DNA of 64,000 bases from the NCBI RefSeq assembly GCF_964213995.1, contig NC_135830.1, forward strand, positions 8,680,001 to 8,744,000, in the 5' to 3' direction. Under the pieces are notes generated by a model. That model did no database searches. It had not been told where the DNA came from and worked only from the letters and a program-made list of their open reading frames with translations. The stretch comes from Mustelus asterias (Eukaryota). Of the stretch, positions 10,501-23,244 are shown piece after piece; the stretch's first letter is position 1; every line of letters begins with the position of its first letter. A program made the position numbers and the translations under genes.

Positions 10501-13099
10501 CAACAAAACAGTTAAAAGGGGAATAAAGGGTTAAAAGAAAACAAACAGGTTGTAAGTTTCTCTCACTCGAGGGAGGGAGAGAGAGAGAGAGATGTAAGAT
10601 GTAATTGCGATCGAGAGCCTCATGCGGTGGAATGGGGTATAGCAGATCAATGCGAGTTTAATAAATTACGTTCCCCAGTAAATTTTACGATAATGCATCG
10701 GACAGAGATTTGAGGAATGTGGGAATAATAGCATTAGGTTACATCTGAAGAGTCGTAAGGAGAGTTACTGCATCTGCCTGTGGAAAGATAATTATTTTAG
10801 GAGGGATATTTAAAAGTGATAAAATAAATGGATTATTTGGATCAGGCTTTTGTTAAATTTGAAAATGTATTTTTGATAGAACTGAAGTTGAAAAGATAAA
10901 TAACTTATTCCTGCGTATTTGAAATGATGATTAATCACTTGTTTATGTTCCTCTGAGTTATAAGACTTGCAGTAATTTTAAGATTATAGTCAAAATTTAA
11001 CAGAGAAGGGAGTTACATAAGATAGAATGGGAGTGCGTGTGTCATACTGGGAATTATTATACTGCCATAATGCATTCTAATTAAAATGTGTTACATGGAT
11101 CAACCATGAAACTGTATTAAAAGACAGACGGGCTAAAAGGGAGTGCCCGCCTATAATACCAAATTGACAAATTAATATAATTAGAGATGAGGGAAATAAT
11201 TCAGTGGAATAATGAGATAAGAAAATGCTGGGGAAGTATTTGTTACAAACGGTTAAAGATTAAAGTGATAAGATTTCTTGAATTTACTTCTGTTTTGAGT
11301 TGAATTACAGCTTGGAAGGCAGCAGCATAAAAGCGACTGTTAATCAACGGTCTGTATTCTTAAATGTTTTACTTCCATCCCAGTTTAAGATGTTAAGTCT
11401 GAATAAATGTTGGAAGCTTCCATGTGTGTCTGTGTGTATCTGTGTGTTTAACAACGTGATTGCGTGAATGTTTTGTTGTTGTTCGTTTTAATGTTGAGAA
11501 AGGAGTTAAACCTTGGAAGGACCATGTGGCCTTTCCTTGTCTTGAAGTTGAAATTATAAGAGTGTAGTTGAGAAGTTAAAAAAATCATAAGTAATTTGGT
11601 GAAAAATAGAAAAGCAGGAACAAAAGAATGAGGTGAATATACTGTCTATGAGTCAGTTTAAAGTCTATCAAATCAATGAATCGTAGTTCCGATTATCCCA
11701 AGTTACAGCAGGAGATTAAATCAGTTAAAACCTCAGTTGTGAATACAAATAAAGACGTTGTCCTTGAGTATTTTTAATTTGCATTTGATGCCAACCATTG
11801 AACACCATGAATTATTGGAACTTGTGTTGCCAGTTAGTTACCGATATGAAATTCAAGACTTGTGTGATGTTCCGATAACATGCAACAAATTACATCATTT
11901 AAATCATCTCACATTGATTATAGTTCTGATAGTGTAACTAGTTAAAATTATACACTGCCATTGGAATTGTTCTATCTATTGTTCAAGGTTTTCCAAATCT
12001 AAGAACACTGCAAAGCTTAGAACCTAGCCAGCTAGGAAGCAAACCAAAACATTTCTAATCAAGTAACTCTTGTTATTGTTACATGTATTGTGCTTGTTAC
12101 TGTTCTGAAAGTGCAAGGAATTCTGATCTGGAGCTCAGTTTAAAAATGGAAACAGATTAATTTAAAATTAAATTAAGAGGGTTTTGAGAGACCCGATATA
12201 ATATATGTTGTGTATTGATAAAAACATAAGTCTGTGAAAAAAAGGCTAGTTATTCCAAACATGTCACCATTCTTTGCCATAATTTGTAATAACTTGCACA
12301 ATTAACATTAACATGACAGGAAGTGAAACCGGATTACTTAAGAGAGAGAGAAAAAGAGTTGGAGACTGGCTTTGCAGCCAGACTCAAAAATCTTGCAGCA
12401 TTCGACTGCCCACAACAAACTGCTTATTCGGTTATCTGTGTTTTTAAAGAGCGGTGTCTGACAGCATAAACTATTGGCATCTATGACCACGAAACACTGG
12501 TGTTTACCTTGTGAGACAATCTGTCTATAGAAGGATCATTTCTGCTGAAACATTGCACTTTCAAATGTGGACAAACAAATGATCAAATTAGATATAATGT
12601 AAAAATACATCATATAACGATCGGAGTTGTATGGTATGTGATTTAAATGAGAAAAGCGATGCCTTTTGATAGAATGTCCGGCTGCAGCCAGTGCAAAGTG
12701 TTGTGTGATTCGCACTAAGCCAACTGAAGGGTCTGTTTATTTCTTCAGAATAAACTTGACTGATCTGAAGTAAATATGCCTTTCTTTAAGCATTGTTTTC
12801 GAAATAACGGTTATTTTAGAGAAAGGAGAGGGAAAGAGAGCAACCAAAAACCAGCCTGAGATTGAACAAAACAAAACATCTGTTTCTAAAGCATAACTAA
12901 ATTAGATATTATTATTACATACAAGCAGTCTCCAGCGACATTAACAACTTGGCCATGAGAAAGTTTGTTTACCTTACATTGTACTTTCAGAGAATTCAGC
13001 TAAGTTTCTAATTGGACTCAGAATTCCAAGCTGCCGAGGCCAAATGAGCTTAAATTAGCTTAAAGCATAGCACAATTAATTACATTGGGCAAAACTACT

Positions 13100-13560
13100 T
13101 TGCACTGGCGAAGGCCATACAGACATCGGGAAAAAAACGTGGATGAAGGTATTGCCCACCATACTAAATGAGTTTAAGGGTTGCTACAAACCAAACAACC
13201 AGATTAACCCCTTATGAGCTAATGACAGGACGGACGATGCAATTACCAAAAAGCACCATAACAGGTGGGACCGATGTAGGTCCACTAAAAGATAAAATCA
13301 AGAGATATGTTTTGGAACTAAGCACCCAACTAAAAGGGATGCATAAATCGGTAAAAGACAATCAAGAAATAAGAGATGCAGAGAGAGCTTGACATGCTCC
13401 CTGACAGTCCCAACAGTGGGATGTCCAAGTAAAAATATTACCTAACAAATCAAGGCTTGTACAAAAATGAAATGAGCCGCATGAAGTTATAATTAGTGGA
13501 GATATCTGTGCCTGTATATACTCAATTGAATATGCTGAAATTAATTGGAAAAATATGTGA
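13100..13560 (+). pseudogene. pol: Second, diverged integrase C-terminal remnant
   Basis: WMKVLPTILMSLRVATNQTTRLTPYELMTGR...TDVGPLKDKIKRYVLELSTQLK, homologous to the 3' part of ORF 9389-10447. Confidence 0.85.
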
Positions 13561-13701
13561 TATACTCCACTTACAGATATAAGCAAACAAAGTGACCTCC
13601 AAGCAAGCTGAACGGGTTCGCGGATCCGCGGTGTTGTGCGTGGGCGATATAGCCTTTGGACCATTGTATAACGGTCGGGCGGGATATTAGTAAGTGATAA
13701 G

Positions 13702-15124
13702 ATGCTTCTCATGCTGATGCTCACGACCCTGGCCCTGTTAGCCATAGCAGGAGAATATAAATTGAATTATGAGGAGTTAGGGATGAAGCACAATGATCAT
13801 CTCTGTAACGATGACTCTGTCTATTGTATGAACATCTTTGTGTATATGTCTTATCTGGTACCAGGAGAGCATCACAATCGAATCTGACCAAGTGCTGGGT
13901 CTGTTCACACATTCCCATGCATGGAGGAAAGGGAGGAATTCCCTTATTTCCTATCCATTTATCAGCTCTAGAAGTAATTGAATGGGTTTTAAATCAGAAT
14001 GGAACCCAGAAAGGGACAATGCAACTGACATTTAAAACCCCATCGGGTACCACTATGCAGGGTATCAGCAACAGTGATGTTGTTTCAAGGCTAGGGGGCG
14101 GAGGGTGCACTTTATCGTCCTTTAAGAAGAATTACCAGCCCGGCTACGACAGATCAGGATCCCCACCCTACTTTGTTGTGAAAAATAAACAGAGGGAAGT
14201 TATCTGCCTGACAAGAAATGGAACCATACCTGTTGGCCGTAGCTACTGTATACAACAGATTGATATCACTGATGACGCTGAGGCCATGATACAGGTCACA
14301 ATCCAGTGCCCCATAGCCACTGTCCCGGTTAGCCTCTCCTCCGCTTATGTAAGCGAGATGACTGCATATAATGGTACCTATTTTGTCTGCGGAAACAATG
14401 CCTATCCGTGGCTTCCCTGGAATTGGACAGGATCGTGTTATTTGGCATATGTGGTGCCTTATATTCACCATTACACTGACTTATGGGACCACCCCGAAAT
14501 ACACCTGCTTAGGGCTAAGCGAGCCATTAGTGAGACAGAACGGTTCTTCATGATAGCCTACCAATTTTTTGGGACGGCAAAGACAGCACAGGAACTGATA
14601 CGGATGGCCTCAACCCTAGAGAAAGTTGCAAATAAGACTAAGGATGGGTTCGAGGAGGTGAGCACGGCCATCTCTGAAATGTCAGCAGAGGTCGTAGCTA
14701 TTCGGACTGTGGCGTTACAGAACTGATTGGAACTCGATTATGTGCTAGCCTCCCAAGGAGGAACATGTGCCATAGCTGGCTTCGAATGCTGTACGTATAT
14801 TCCCGAAGCTTCGGAGAATATAACTCGCTTAGCAGATCATATTAAACAAGTAGCAAAAGCAATACAGGAAGAAGGGAACCAATATCATGAGTATAACCCT
14901 CCTGGCTGGCTGGGGCAATGGTTGGGTCGTGGGGTTCATACCTGATGCATGGATTGATTGTATTAATTGTAATTGTAATTACTTGCTGTGTTTGTATGGC
15001 ATTATTGAATGCCTGTTGCAAAACAGTAACAGCGCGAATTATGACAGTCGCAAGTGTACAGGTGGAGGGGGCAGACCTCCCAACTAAGGAGCTAGGCCCA
15101 TTCCCCGAAAACATGTGGTTCTGA
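13702..15124 (+). pseudogene. env: Gamma-type env pseudogene
   Basis: Signal peptide, CWVC (CXXC), furin site RAKR, immunosuppressive domain LQN*LELDYVLASQGGTC, CX6CC and TM helix. Two frameshifts and a TGA at 14724-14726. Confidence 0.92.
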
Positions 15125-15163
15125 GTTGGTCATAAATGCCATGTTTGGACCTGGCATCCGACC

Positions 15164-15175
15164 AAAAGGGGGGAG
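15164..15175 (+). promoter_or_regulatory. Polypurine tract
   Basis: AAAAGGGGGGAG directly before the TG of the 3' LTR. Confidence 0.9.
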
Positions 15176-15853
15176 TGCAGTCGGGAATGGGTTAATGAAC
15201 TTTGTCACACTTAAGCATTAAGACCCAAACTCTGTAATTTTGTTGAGAACACTGCAGAGTCCATGTTTTTGTCAGAGTTCGGTGTTTTTCATGTCTGTGC
15301 CAGATAAAAGGAACAGCTATTCATCTGTCTCCATTTGTTATCAAGAAATGCGATTGACCCAGCTCGAAATAAGCTAAACAGTCTCCATTTTTATGTACCT
15401 TTGTTTAACACGATGGAGTTGACATGTATGCCTTCTGTCTTTGTATGACCATAGATTCATATATATATATATATTCATCATACGTTATTCATCTTATCCT
15501 GATATAAAGTATTATACAAATCTGTATGTAGATTAGTTAACTTGTTTGTGCAAAACCTGTGATGTTGTTTCAAGAATATAAATGACGAACAATCGTGGCC
15601 TTGGAGATCGGACAAACTACGCAGAGGAAGACACTGCTAAAACAACAAGAATCTCACCATGAACAATGACAGCCATCTCAGGTTTTGCAATGTAATGAGG
15701 GCGGGGCCCGGGACATATATAAACTCTGTTCTTACTTGTGTTCGATGAGAAGGCTGGGGGTTCACTGTTAGGAACCTCACTTCTCCCACAATTGTGAAAA
15801 TAAACACTGCATTTTGAACCACTAACAGTGTCAGAGGTTTTTTACCTACAACA
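15176..15853 (+). repeat. ERV 3' LTR
   Basis: About 97% identical to 6942-7618 by hand count. Confidence 0.95.
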
Positions 15854-16335
15854 GGTGCACCATAGAAAACATTCTTTCGAGTTGTATCACAGCTTGATAT
15901 GGCTTCTGCTCTGCCCAAGACCGCAATAAACTACAAAGAGTCGTGAATGGAGCCCAATCCATCACTCAAACCAGCCTCCCATCCACTGATTCTGTCTACG
16001 CTTCCTGCTGCCTCGGCAAAGCAGCCAGCATTGTTAAGGACCCCACGCACCCCGGACATTCTCTCTTCCATCTTCTTCCTTCGAGAGAAAGATACAGAAG
16101 TCTGAGGTCACGTGCTAGCCGATTCAAGAACAGCTTCTTCCCTGCTGCCATCATACTTTTGAATGGACATTACCTTGCATTAAGTTGATCTTTCTCTACA
16201 TCCTGACAGTGACTGTAATACCACATTCTGCGCTCCCGTTTCCTTCTCTATGAACAGTACGCTTTGTCTGTATAGCGCGCAAGTAAAAATGCTTTTCACT
16301 GTATACTAATACATGTGACAATAATAAATAAAACT
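15854..16335 (+). mobile_element. Rex1/Babar-like LINE, 3' fragment
   Basis: ORF 15943-16188 ends RYRSLRSRASRFKNSFFPAAIILLN; AATAAA-rich tail. Confidence 0.7.
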
Positions 16336-17032
16336 AATCGTTTCATTTCTCCTGACTTCCAGACTATTCCTGTTGTTACATTTCCTCCCTCCTGAGTTTC
16401 AGTCGTTTCAAATTCCCACATTTTTCACCTTTTCCTGTTGTAATGAAAGGCCATGGATGTAAAAGATGAGCTTTGTTTCCCTGTCAACAAATTCTGCCTG
16501 AATTCCTAAGTTTCTGCAGCATCTTCCGCCTTCGCTGCAGTTATCTGATCGGCTGTGAATGGCCAAGAGAACATATTTTCTTTCAATCAGTGGCTGCTTA
16601 TAGGCTCCTTGATGCAGGGGTATGAATCGCATTTTGGTATGCCTTAACCACCGAGATCCCGAGTTGAAATCCGAGACTAGCCCTACTGTTTCTTCTTATC
16701 CCTGTTACATCAAAACATCGAAAGCAGGAGTAGGTCATTGGAACATCATCTACCATTCATTGTTGTCATGCCTGATAATCAAATTCAATACCCTGATCCG
16801 CCATTTAGCCCCAAGAGCTATATTAAACTTCTCTTGAAATCATAGTGTTTGGCCTCAACTACTTTCTGTGGGAGTGAACTCTGCAGATTCACCACTCTCT
16901 GGCTGAAGGAAGTCTCATCATCTCAGCCGTTATCCTCAAACTATTATCCCGAGTTCTGGACTCCTCACTAACGAGAACATTCTTTCTGAATCTACCCTGT
17001 TTCACCCGGTCAGAATGTTATAAGGTTCCATT

Positions 17033-17350
17033 AGAATCATAGAATCCCTGCAGTACAGAACAAGGCCAATTCGGCCCATCAAGTCTGTACTGACCACAAT
17101 CCCATCCAGGCCCCACTCCTGGAACTACATGCATTCACCCTGCTAATACCCCTGACACTAGGGCCAATTTAACACGGTCAATCAACATTAGCCGCACATC
17201 TTTGGACAATGGGAGGAAACCGGAACACCCGGAGGAAACCCATGCAGACACGGGAGAATGTGCAAACTCCACACAGACAGCGACCCGATGCCAGATTTGA
17301 ACCTCGGACCCTGGCGTTTTGAGGCGGCAGTGCTAACCAATGTACCACCC
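17033..17350 (-). mobile_element. HE1-like SINE
   Basis: tRNA-like head at the right end, CR1-like ATTCTATG tail at the left end. Confidence 0.75.
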
Positions 17351-17436
17351 AAAACATATCTGCCCAGAAATAGCCAGGATTAGTTGGCAAGAAATGCATT
17401 TGCCAATGTTGGACACCTAAGTGTTAAAATAAGCCG

Positions 17437-17509
17437 CATCCCAGAAGTGACTCGAACACACGCTCCCTGGTTTAGGAAGCCAGTGCCTTACGCGTTAGGT
17501 CACTGGGAC
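17437..17509 (-). pseudogene. tRNA-Arg(CCT) pseudogene
   Basis: Minus strand GTCCCAGTGACCTAACGCGTAAGGCACTGGCTTCCTAAACCAGGGAGCGTGTGTTCGAGTCACTTCTGGGATG; full length, D-loop GG lost. Confidence 0.8.
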
Positions 17510-18815
17510 TATCGGTGAGCTACTGCTGCAACTTTAAAAAGCTGTATATCTCCATCCACATAGACAGTGACTAACCCCAGAATCGAAACCAGGTCCCTGG
17601 TATTGTGAGCCAGCAGAACTAGCCACTGTGCCGCCCTCTCCCACGAAGATTTGATCAGATTTCATGAGCTGCAGGTTTTGTTTTTTTCTTTGCATTGCAG
17701 ACATTGGGATTGGTCCACATGGGGTTTCGTTTGAGAACCTGAGCACAAACTGTGCGGAAACTATCAGCACAACACACTCGCTCGAAAATAAATATATGAT
17801 CAACAGGGTTGGCTATGTAACTTGACATTCATTTTATCTCCATTCACCTCTTCAGCTGGCCCCATGATTATGGGTTCAGTGAGCTGCCTGGATGTTTCGT
17901 TTTGTTCATGTGGGTGTCGCTGGCTAGATCAGCATGCACTGCCCATCAGTATTTAGCCTTGAGAAAGTAGTGGTGAGCTGCCTTCTTGAAACGTTGTAAT
18001 CCATTTGTACAGGTACACTTACAGTGCTGTTAGGGAGGGAATTCCACGAATTTGTCCCAATGACAGTGGAGGAACGGCGATATATTTCCAAATCAGAATG
18101 CTGAGGGAATTGAGTGTGGTGTTGGCTGTGTGGCGTTGGAGGGGGGAGGGGGGAGAGGGGGCGGGGGGGGGGGGTGGCAGGGGCCAGGTGGAAGCGCTCT
18201 TGGGTTTGGGAGATGCTGTCTAAAATGCCTTTGGTGGATTCCTGCATCATGCAGACAAGTGGAGAATATTCTATCGCACTCCTGACTTGTGCCACGTCGA
18301 TCGTGGACTGTTTTGTGGGAGTCGGGAGGTGAGTTACTCCCACAGGATTCCCATCCTCTGCCCTGCTCTTTTAGCCACTGAATAAACTGATAACATGCGT
18401 GCTGAGTCAGAATAGGTGTGTCTTCTTTCCTGCTCAGTTTGTCGTGAATTTTCCGCACTTTTGTCTTTTCCTGAATGTATTTTGTGGCTCAAGTAAGGGC
18501 CAATGTCATATGATTGTAAGATACTACATTCAGGTAATATTCAATCGTGGATTCACTGGCGGGAGGGGTACGGTTTCGAGTCACGTTGTTGACGCTGGAT
18601 TGATAACGCAGAGAAGCAGGCTGAAGCTTTGGGAACCAGGGTTCGAATTCCAACACAGCAGGTTAACTCAATTCAAGGCAAAGTAGAATTACTGTAAGTG
18701 AGTAGAGAAAAATTTAATTATGCAACATTTCCTCATTAAAATGTTTTGACCATGTTTCTGCCGATTTTGAAGCCTCGGACCGATATGTAAACATTGCTGC
18801 ATGCGGCTTTGCTGT

Positions 18816-18888
18816 GGGCCAGTGGCGCAATGGATAACGCGTCTGACTACGGATCAGAAGATTCCAGGTTCGACTCCTGGCTGGCTCG
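18816..18888 (+). tRNA. tRNA-Arg(ACG), intact
   Basis: GGGCCAGTGGCGCAATGGATAACGCGTCTGACTACGGATCAGAAGATTCCAGGTTCGACTCCTGGCTGGCTCG matches the conserved vertebrate tRNA-Arg(ACG); A and B boxes intact. Confidence 0.98.
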
Positions 18889-20583
18889 GTGTAATAATTT
18901 AACAGTAGTTCACAAACTCCATATTCGTGTGGGTGAAAAATGTGTGTTGACCAATTCAGAGAAATGTTGACCAAATGCAGTCAGCTTCTGTGATGAAATT
19001 TATCTTAGCCAATGATTGTTCAAAAAAATGTTGACTATTTTAAGAAAAAAATACTGATAAAGTTCAATTAAGTTTTTTTTTAAAAAATAGTTTATTTAAA
19101 TGACGAATTCTCGTTAAAGTATTCGGGGAAATATGTTAGCAAGTTTAAGCTACCTTTTAAAAAGTTGGAAATTTCTCGAAAAATACGTGGAAACATTACG
19201 TTTTTCAAAATAGTGAAAACATTTTCTAAAACGTTGATGAACTCTGATTAAACATGTTTAATTTTAAGAAGCAAAATACACAGAAATGTTTTTTAAAAGT
19301 TGACAAATTTCAGTTAAATCAGATGGAGGAATTTCTTTGGAGTAAGTTTAGTTTTGAAAAGTTCAAATTAGCCAGAGGTTTCTGGTTTGTGATGCTGGGA
19401 TTGTTGTCCATTGGAGCGAAGGAGATTGAGGAGCGATTTAATCGAGGTGGACAAGATTAGGGCAAGTTTAGAGGGGGAGGGGCAATTTTTAAGATATTGG
19501 GCAAGGCGGGGGCGAAGAAGATTTGGAAGCAACATCTTTTCCACAGCGAGTGCTCAGGACCTGGAACTCATTGCCTCCGAGAGTTTTGGATGAGGTCAAT
19601 TTCGGTAATAGAAATTCTGAGGTGGACATGGACCTCCTGAGAAAGAAGATGGGTCTCCAGGAACATTCTTTAGGCAGGTAGATGGATCTCCTCGGTGACA
19701 TTGAATCTGAAGATCAACCTGTGGAAGCACACCCCTTCCCCGGCCACCGCCCCCACCCACTGTTGAGAACAGTACAGCACAGGAAACAGGCCCTTCGGCC
19801 CTCCAAAATGTTTGACAAGAACCCCGCTGATATTAAATGCAAGGGCATCAAAATCAAAAATGGTATTTTGGAACATTCTTTCTTCGTTGTAGATATTTTC
19901 AAGTTCATATAACGTGAAAAAGGATATGCAAAATATTCAGACTGTTGAATGGGAACTCCCGACATTGTTACAAGGACAGCATTAACCATTTACCTCATTG
20001 TCACCACCTCAGAAGCTGTCTTGGCTAAAGGGCCAACATTGCGGTGAATCCTCGTTTCGGTCCCGCTGTGGGGAAAACAACTTCATTGATTCACTGGCCC
20101 TGCTCTGACGTAATAAACTGGAGAACAAAGGCTCTGTGAGCTGATTGGATGAATTGGAGAATCAGGGACATGATTGGACGTCACCAGTTGATTCGTTTGG
20201 GAATTAACCAATCGCTGGAGAGACCGGAAATACATGTAAATATCTTCACCCAAACAATTACAGATTGAACCCATTCTGTTTAATTCCGCAATAAACTCGC
20301 TGCAAACATGTTGGGTATCATTTTGTATTCGTTTCTCACTGTTCCAGCTCTTTTGCCTGGTAAGTCTACAAGGGACATAAACTTCTTCTTGCAAGCGATG
20401 TCGACAGTAATTTAGGTCCGCTTTGCTGTAGATGATAATGTGATCCGTGTTCTGATGTTATGAGTTACAATAGAATGATAATAACACCTTAACTTTCAAT
20501 ATTTCTAAATTTCTGCCGGTGTCACTACTGGAGACTCAATATCAAAGGAGCCGGTTACAGCGATGAAGTTTGAATGGGACTCA

Positions 20584-21524
20584 AAGAACAAAGAACAAAG
20601 AAAGTTACAGGCTCTTAGGCCCTCCAAGCCTGCACCGATCATGTTGCCCGACTGAACTAAAACCCGCTATCCTTCCGGGGACCATATCCCTCTATTCCCA
20701 CCTTACTCATATATTTGTCCGGACGCACCTTAAATGTCACTATCGTATCTGTTTCCACTACCTCCCCCGGCAGCGTGTTCCAGGCACCCATCACACTCGA
20801 TGTAAAACACTTACCTCATTAATCTCCTTTCAACCTTGCCCCTCGTACCTTAAACCTATGCCCCTTAGTAATTGACTCTTCCACCCTGGGAAAAACCTTC
20901 TGACTATCCACTCTAGCCATGCCCCTCAGAATCTTGTAGACTTGTATCAGGTCGTCCCTCAACCTCCGTCGTTCAAGTGAGAACAAACCAAGTTTCTCCA
21001 ACTTCTCTTCTTAGCTAATGGGCGGCATGGTAGCACAGCGGTTAGCACTGCTTCCTCACAGCTCCAGGGACCTGGGTTTGATTCCCGGCTTTGGTCACGG
21101 TCTGTGGCGTAAGCACATTCTCCTCGTGTCAGCGTGGGTTTCCTCCAGGTGCTCGGATTTCCTCCCACAGTCCAAAAATGTGCGGGTTAGGTTTATTAGT
21201 CATGCTAAAATTGCCCCTTAGAGTTCTGAGATGCGTAGGTTTGAGGGATTAACGTGTACATGTGGGGGTAGGGTCTGGGTGGGATTGTGGTCAGTGCAGA
21301 CTCGATGGGCCGAATGGCCTCCTTCTGTACTGCAGGGTTTCTATGATTCTGATGCTCTCCATGCCAGGCAACATCCTGGTAAATCTTTTCTGCACCCTCT
21401 CCAAAGCCTCAACATCGTTCTGGTAGTGTGGCGATCAAAACTGAAAATTATATTCCAAGTACGGCCTAACTAACGTGCTATAAAGCTGCAATATGACTCG
21501 CCATTTTTTAAACTCAATGCCCCG
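20584..21524 (-). mobile_element. CR1 3' fragment in V pseudogene 1, with nested HE1-like SINE (about 21019-21352, +)
   Basis: (AAGAACA)n tail at 20584; LGLFSLERRRLRDDL motif; SINE splits the CR1 sequence. Confidence 0.9.
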
Positions 21525-21787
21525 GTGACCAATAGATTAACGGCACAGCAGCTGGTGCATATTACATTCAATTGTATCGCCAGGACCGGGAGAAGGTTCC
21601 CAGCAAAAAGAACGGAGAAAGCCCCCATCTTCTTGATCTATATCTCTTATTATGGAGATATTTCCAGTGCAAAGGGTGTGGGAACACTATTTTCTGCATA
21701 TATCGAGAGGTCGAAAAGCGAGGGGAACTTCAGCATGTGTGAGCTGCGGCTGTCAGAAAGCGCGGTGTATTACTGTGGACTGAGAGA

Positions 21788-21826
21788 CGCAATGACAGAA
21801 ACCAGAGGGAGCCTGGTATGAAAAAA
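21788..21826 (+). promoter_or_regulatory. Recombination signal sequence, 23-bp spacer (degenerate)
   Basis: Heptamer CGCAATG 21788-21794, 23-nt spacer, nonamer ATGAAAAAA 21818-21826; invariant CAC is mutated. Confidence 0.7.
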
Positions 21827-23244
21827 AAACATTGCCCCAGAGTGACAAGATGAACGGACCAGAGAATGGTAATAATATTGGGCTATAAATAGAGCATGAT
21901 TCACTCTGTGGTGCTTCTATACATTTTCGGTATTGCTGATATTCACAACAGGAGAGGTGATGGCCGAGGGGGTATTATCCTGAGACTATTAATCCAGAAA
22001 CTCAGCGAATGTTGTGCGGACCCGATTCAACTAAAACAATATCGACAACTAAGAATCTACTGACGACCATGAAGCCATTGTCGATTGTCGGAAAAACCCA
22101 CTTTGTTCACTAATGTACTTTGGGGAATGAAATCTGCCGTCCTTACCTGGTCTGGCCTACACGTGACTCCAAAGCCAAAACAATGTGGTTGATCTCAACT
22201 ACCGATGGACAACTAGTGGTATCCATGTCCCACACACAGAAAAAATTCACTGGAATCACTGTTAACACTGTCCTGATAATAAGGCTAATGGACGTATTGA
22301 GAAAAAGAAACAAGGACAGAACTATTTAGCCTCCATTAGCTTCCGAGCCACAGTAAGAAAATAAGGGGTTTTTGTGGAATGTCAATTATTGAGCATGTTC
22401 AAAAAAATCAACAGCTTTTGGGAGCCTAATGGCATTAAGCGCTATGCAGATAGCGCCGGAAAGTTGCGTTCAGGCTGATCAGCCCTGATCTAACTGAATG
22501 ACGAAGCAGAATCGAAGGACAGAATGGCCTACTGCTGTTCTCATGTTCCTGCACCCCATTTTTCTACATTCTTCCCCAAGTCAATCGCTAAATGTGTAAG
22601 TTCTCTCTGTAAGGATGATTATGTTAATCCAGCTCACGGTGCGTCTGGTTACTGTCTGTTATCTCACCACCTGGGTGTCACACAGCACCACTGGAGACAG
22701 AAGGGAGGGAGCTGAGAACATCCGGAGAAAGGAAGCTGATTATTGAAGGCTGGGATTAGACCGGATAAAATCAAACACGCAGCTCCCCTTTTACAGAGCG
22801 ACAGCGGCAATGCAGCTGCTGTGGGGATCATTCCTGACAGGTAATTACGTGCAAAAAACATTGCACTGTTTCACACGTTTCCCAAGCTTGGTTCCAGACC
22901 ACAAATTAATCATACGCCCTTCTGACCATTTTCTGTGTTGTTATTTCCATATTTGAGACATGGAGATTCTGTCACCCAGCCGCTCACATCAGATGTGAAG
23001 AGAGAAGGCGAGATCGTGACTTTAACCTGTAGCAATGAAACCAAGCACGCTGAATGGCTTCTTCACCACTCTGTCCACCTGTGACTCCACTTTCAGGGAG
23101 CAGAGAGCGACTATAGGCTGTACTGGTACCGACAACATCCAGACACGCAGCCCGTGTTTATAGTGCGGAAAGATACTGATAGTTATGAAAATAAAGCAGA
23201 TGTTTTTAAAAGTCGCTTCTATGTAGCTAATGTAGCTGTGTAGG

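Larger units (their letters stand above)
6942..15853 (+). mobile_element. Defective class I (gamma/epsilon-like) endogenous retrovirus
   Basis: Two ~677-bp TG...CA LTRs, tRNA-Pro PBS, gag, pol and env remnants, PPT. Flanks GCTG/GGTG may be a 4-bp TSD with one mismatch. Confidence 0.95.
20308..21826 (+). pseudogene. T-cell receptor alpha/delta-type V segment pseudogene 1
   Basis: Leader MLGIILYSFLTVPALLP-G/GTAAGT (20308-20359); V exon from 20519 (acceptor reads CCG) GVTTGDSISKEPVTAMKFEWDS; CR1 insertion; resumes at 21525 and ends ELRLSESAVYYCGLR; RSS CGCAATG-23-ATGAAAAAA. Confidence 0.85.

Noticed and set aside
13702-15124. env as a domesticated syncytin-like gene
   Set aside because: Two frameshifts and a stop inside the immunosuppressive domain.
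21950-22240. tRNA-like sequence after V pseudogene 1
   Set aside because: Continues into a dispersed repeat body, so it is a SINE head; family not identified with confidence.
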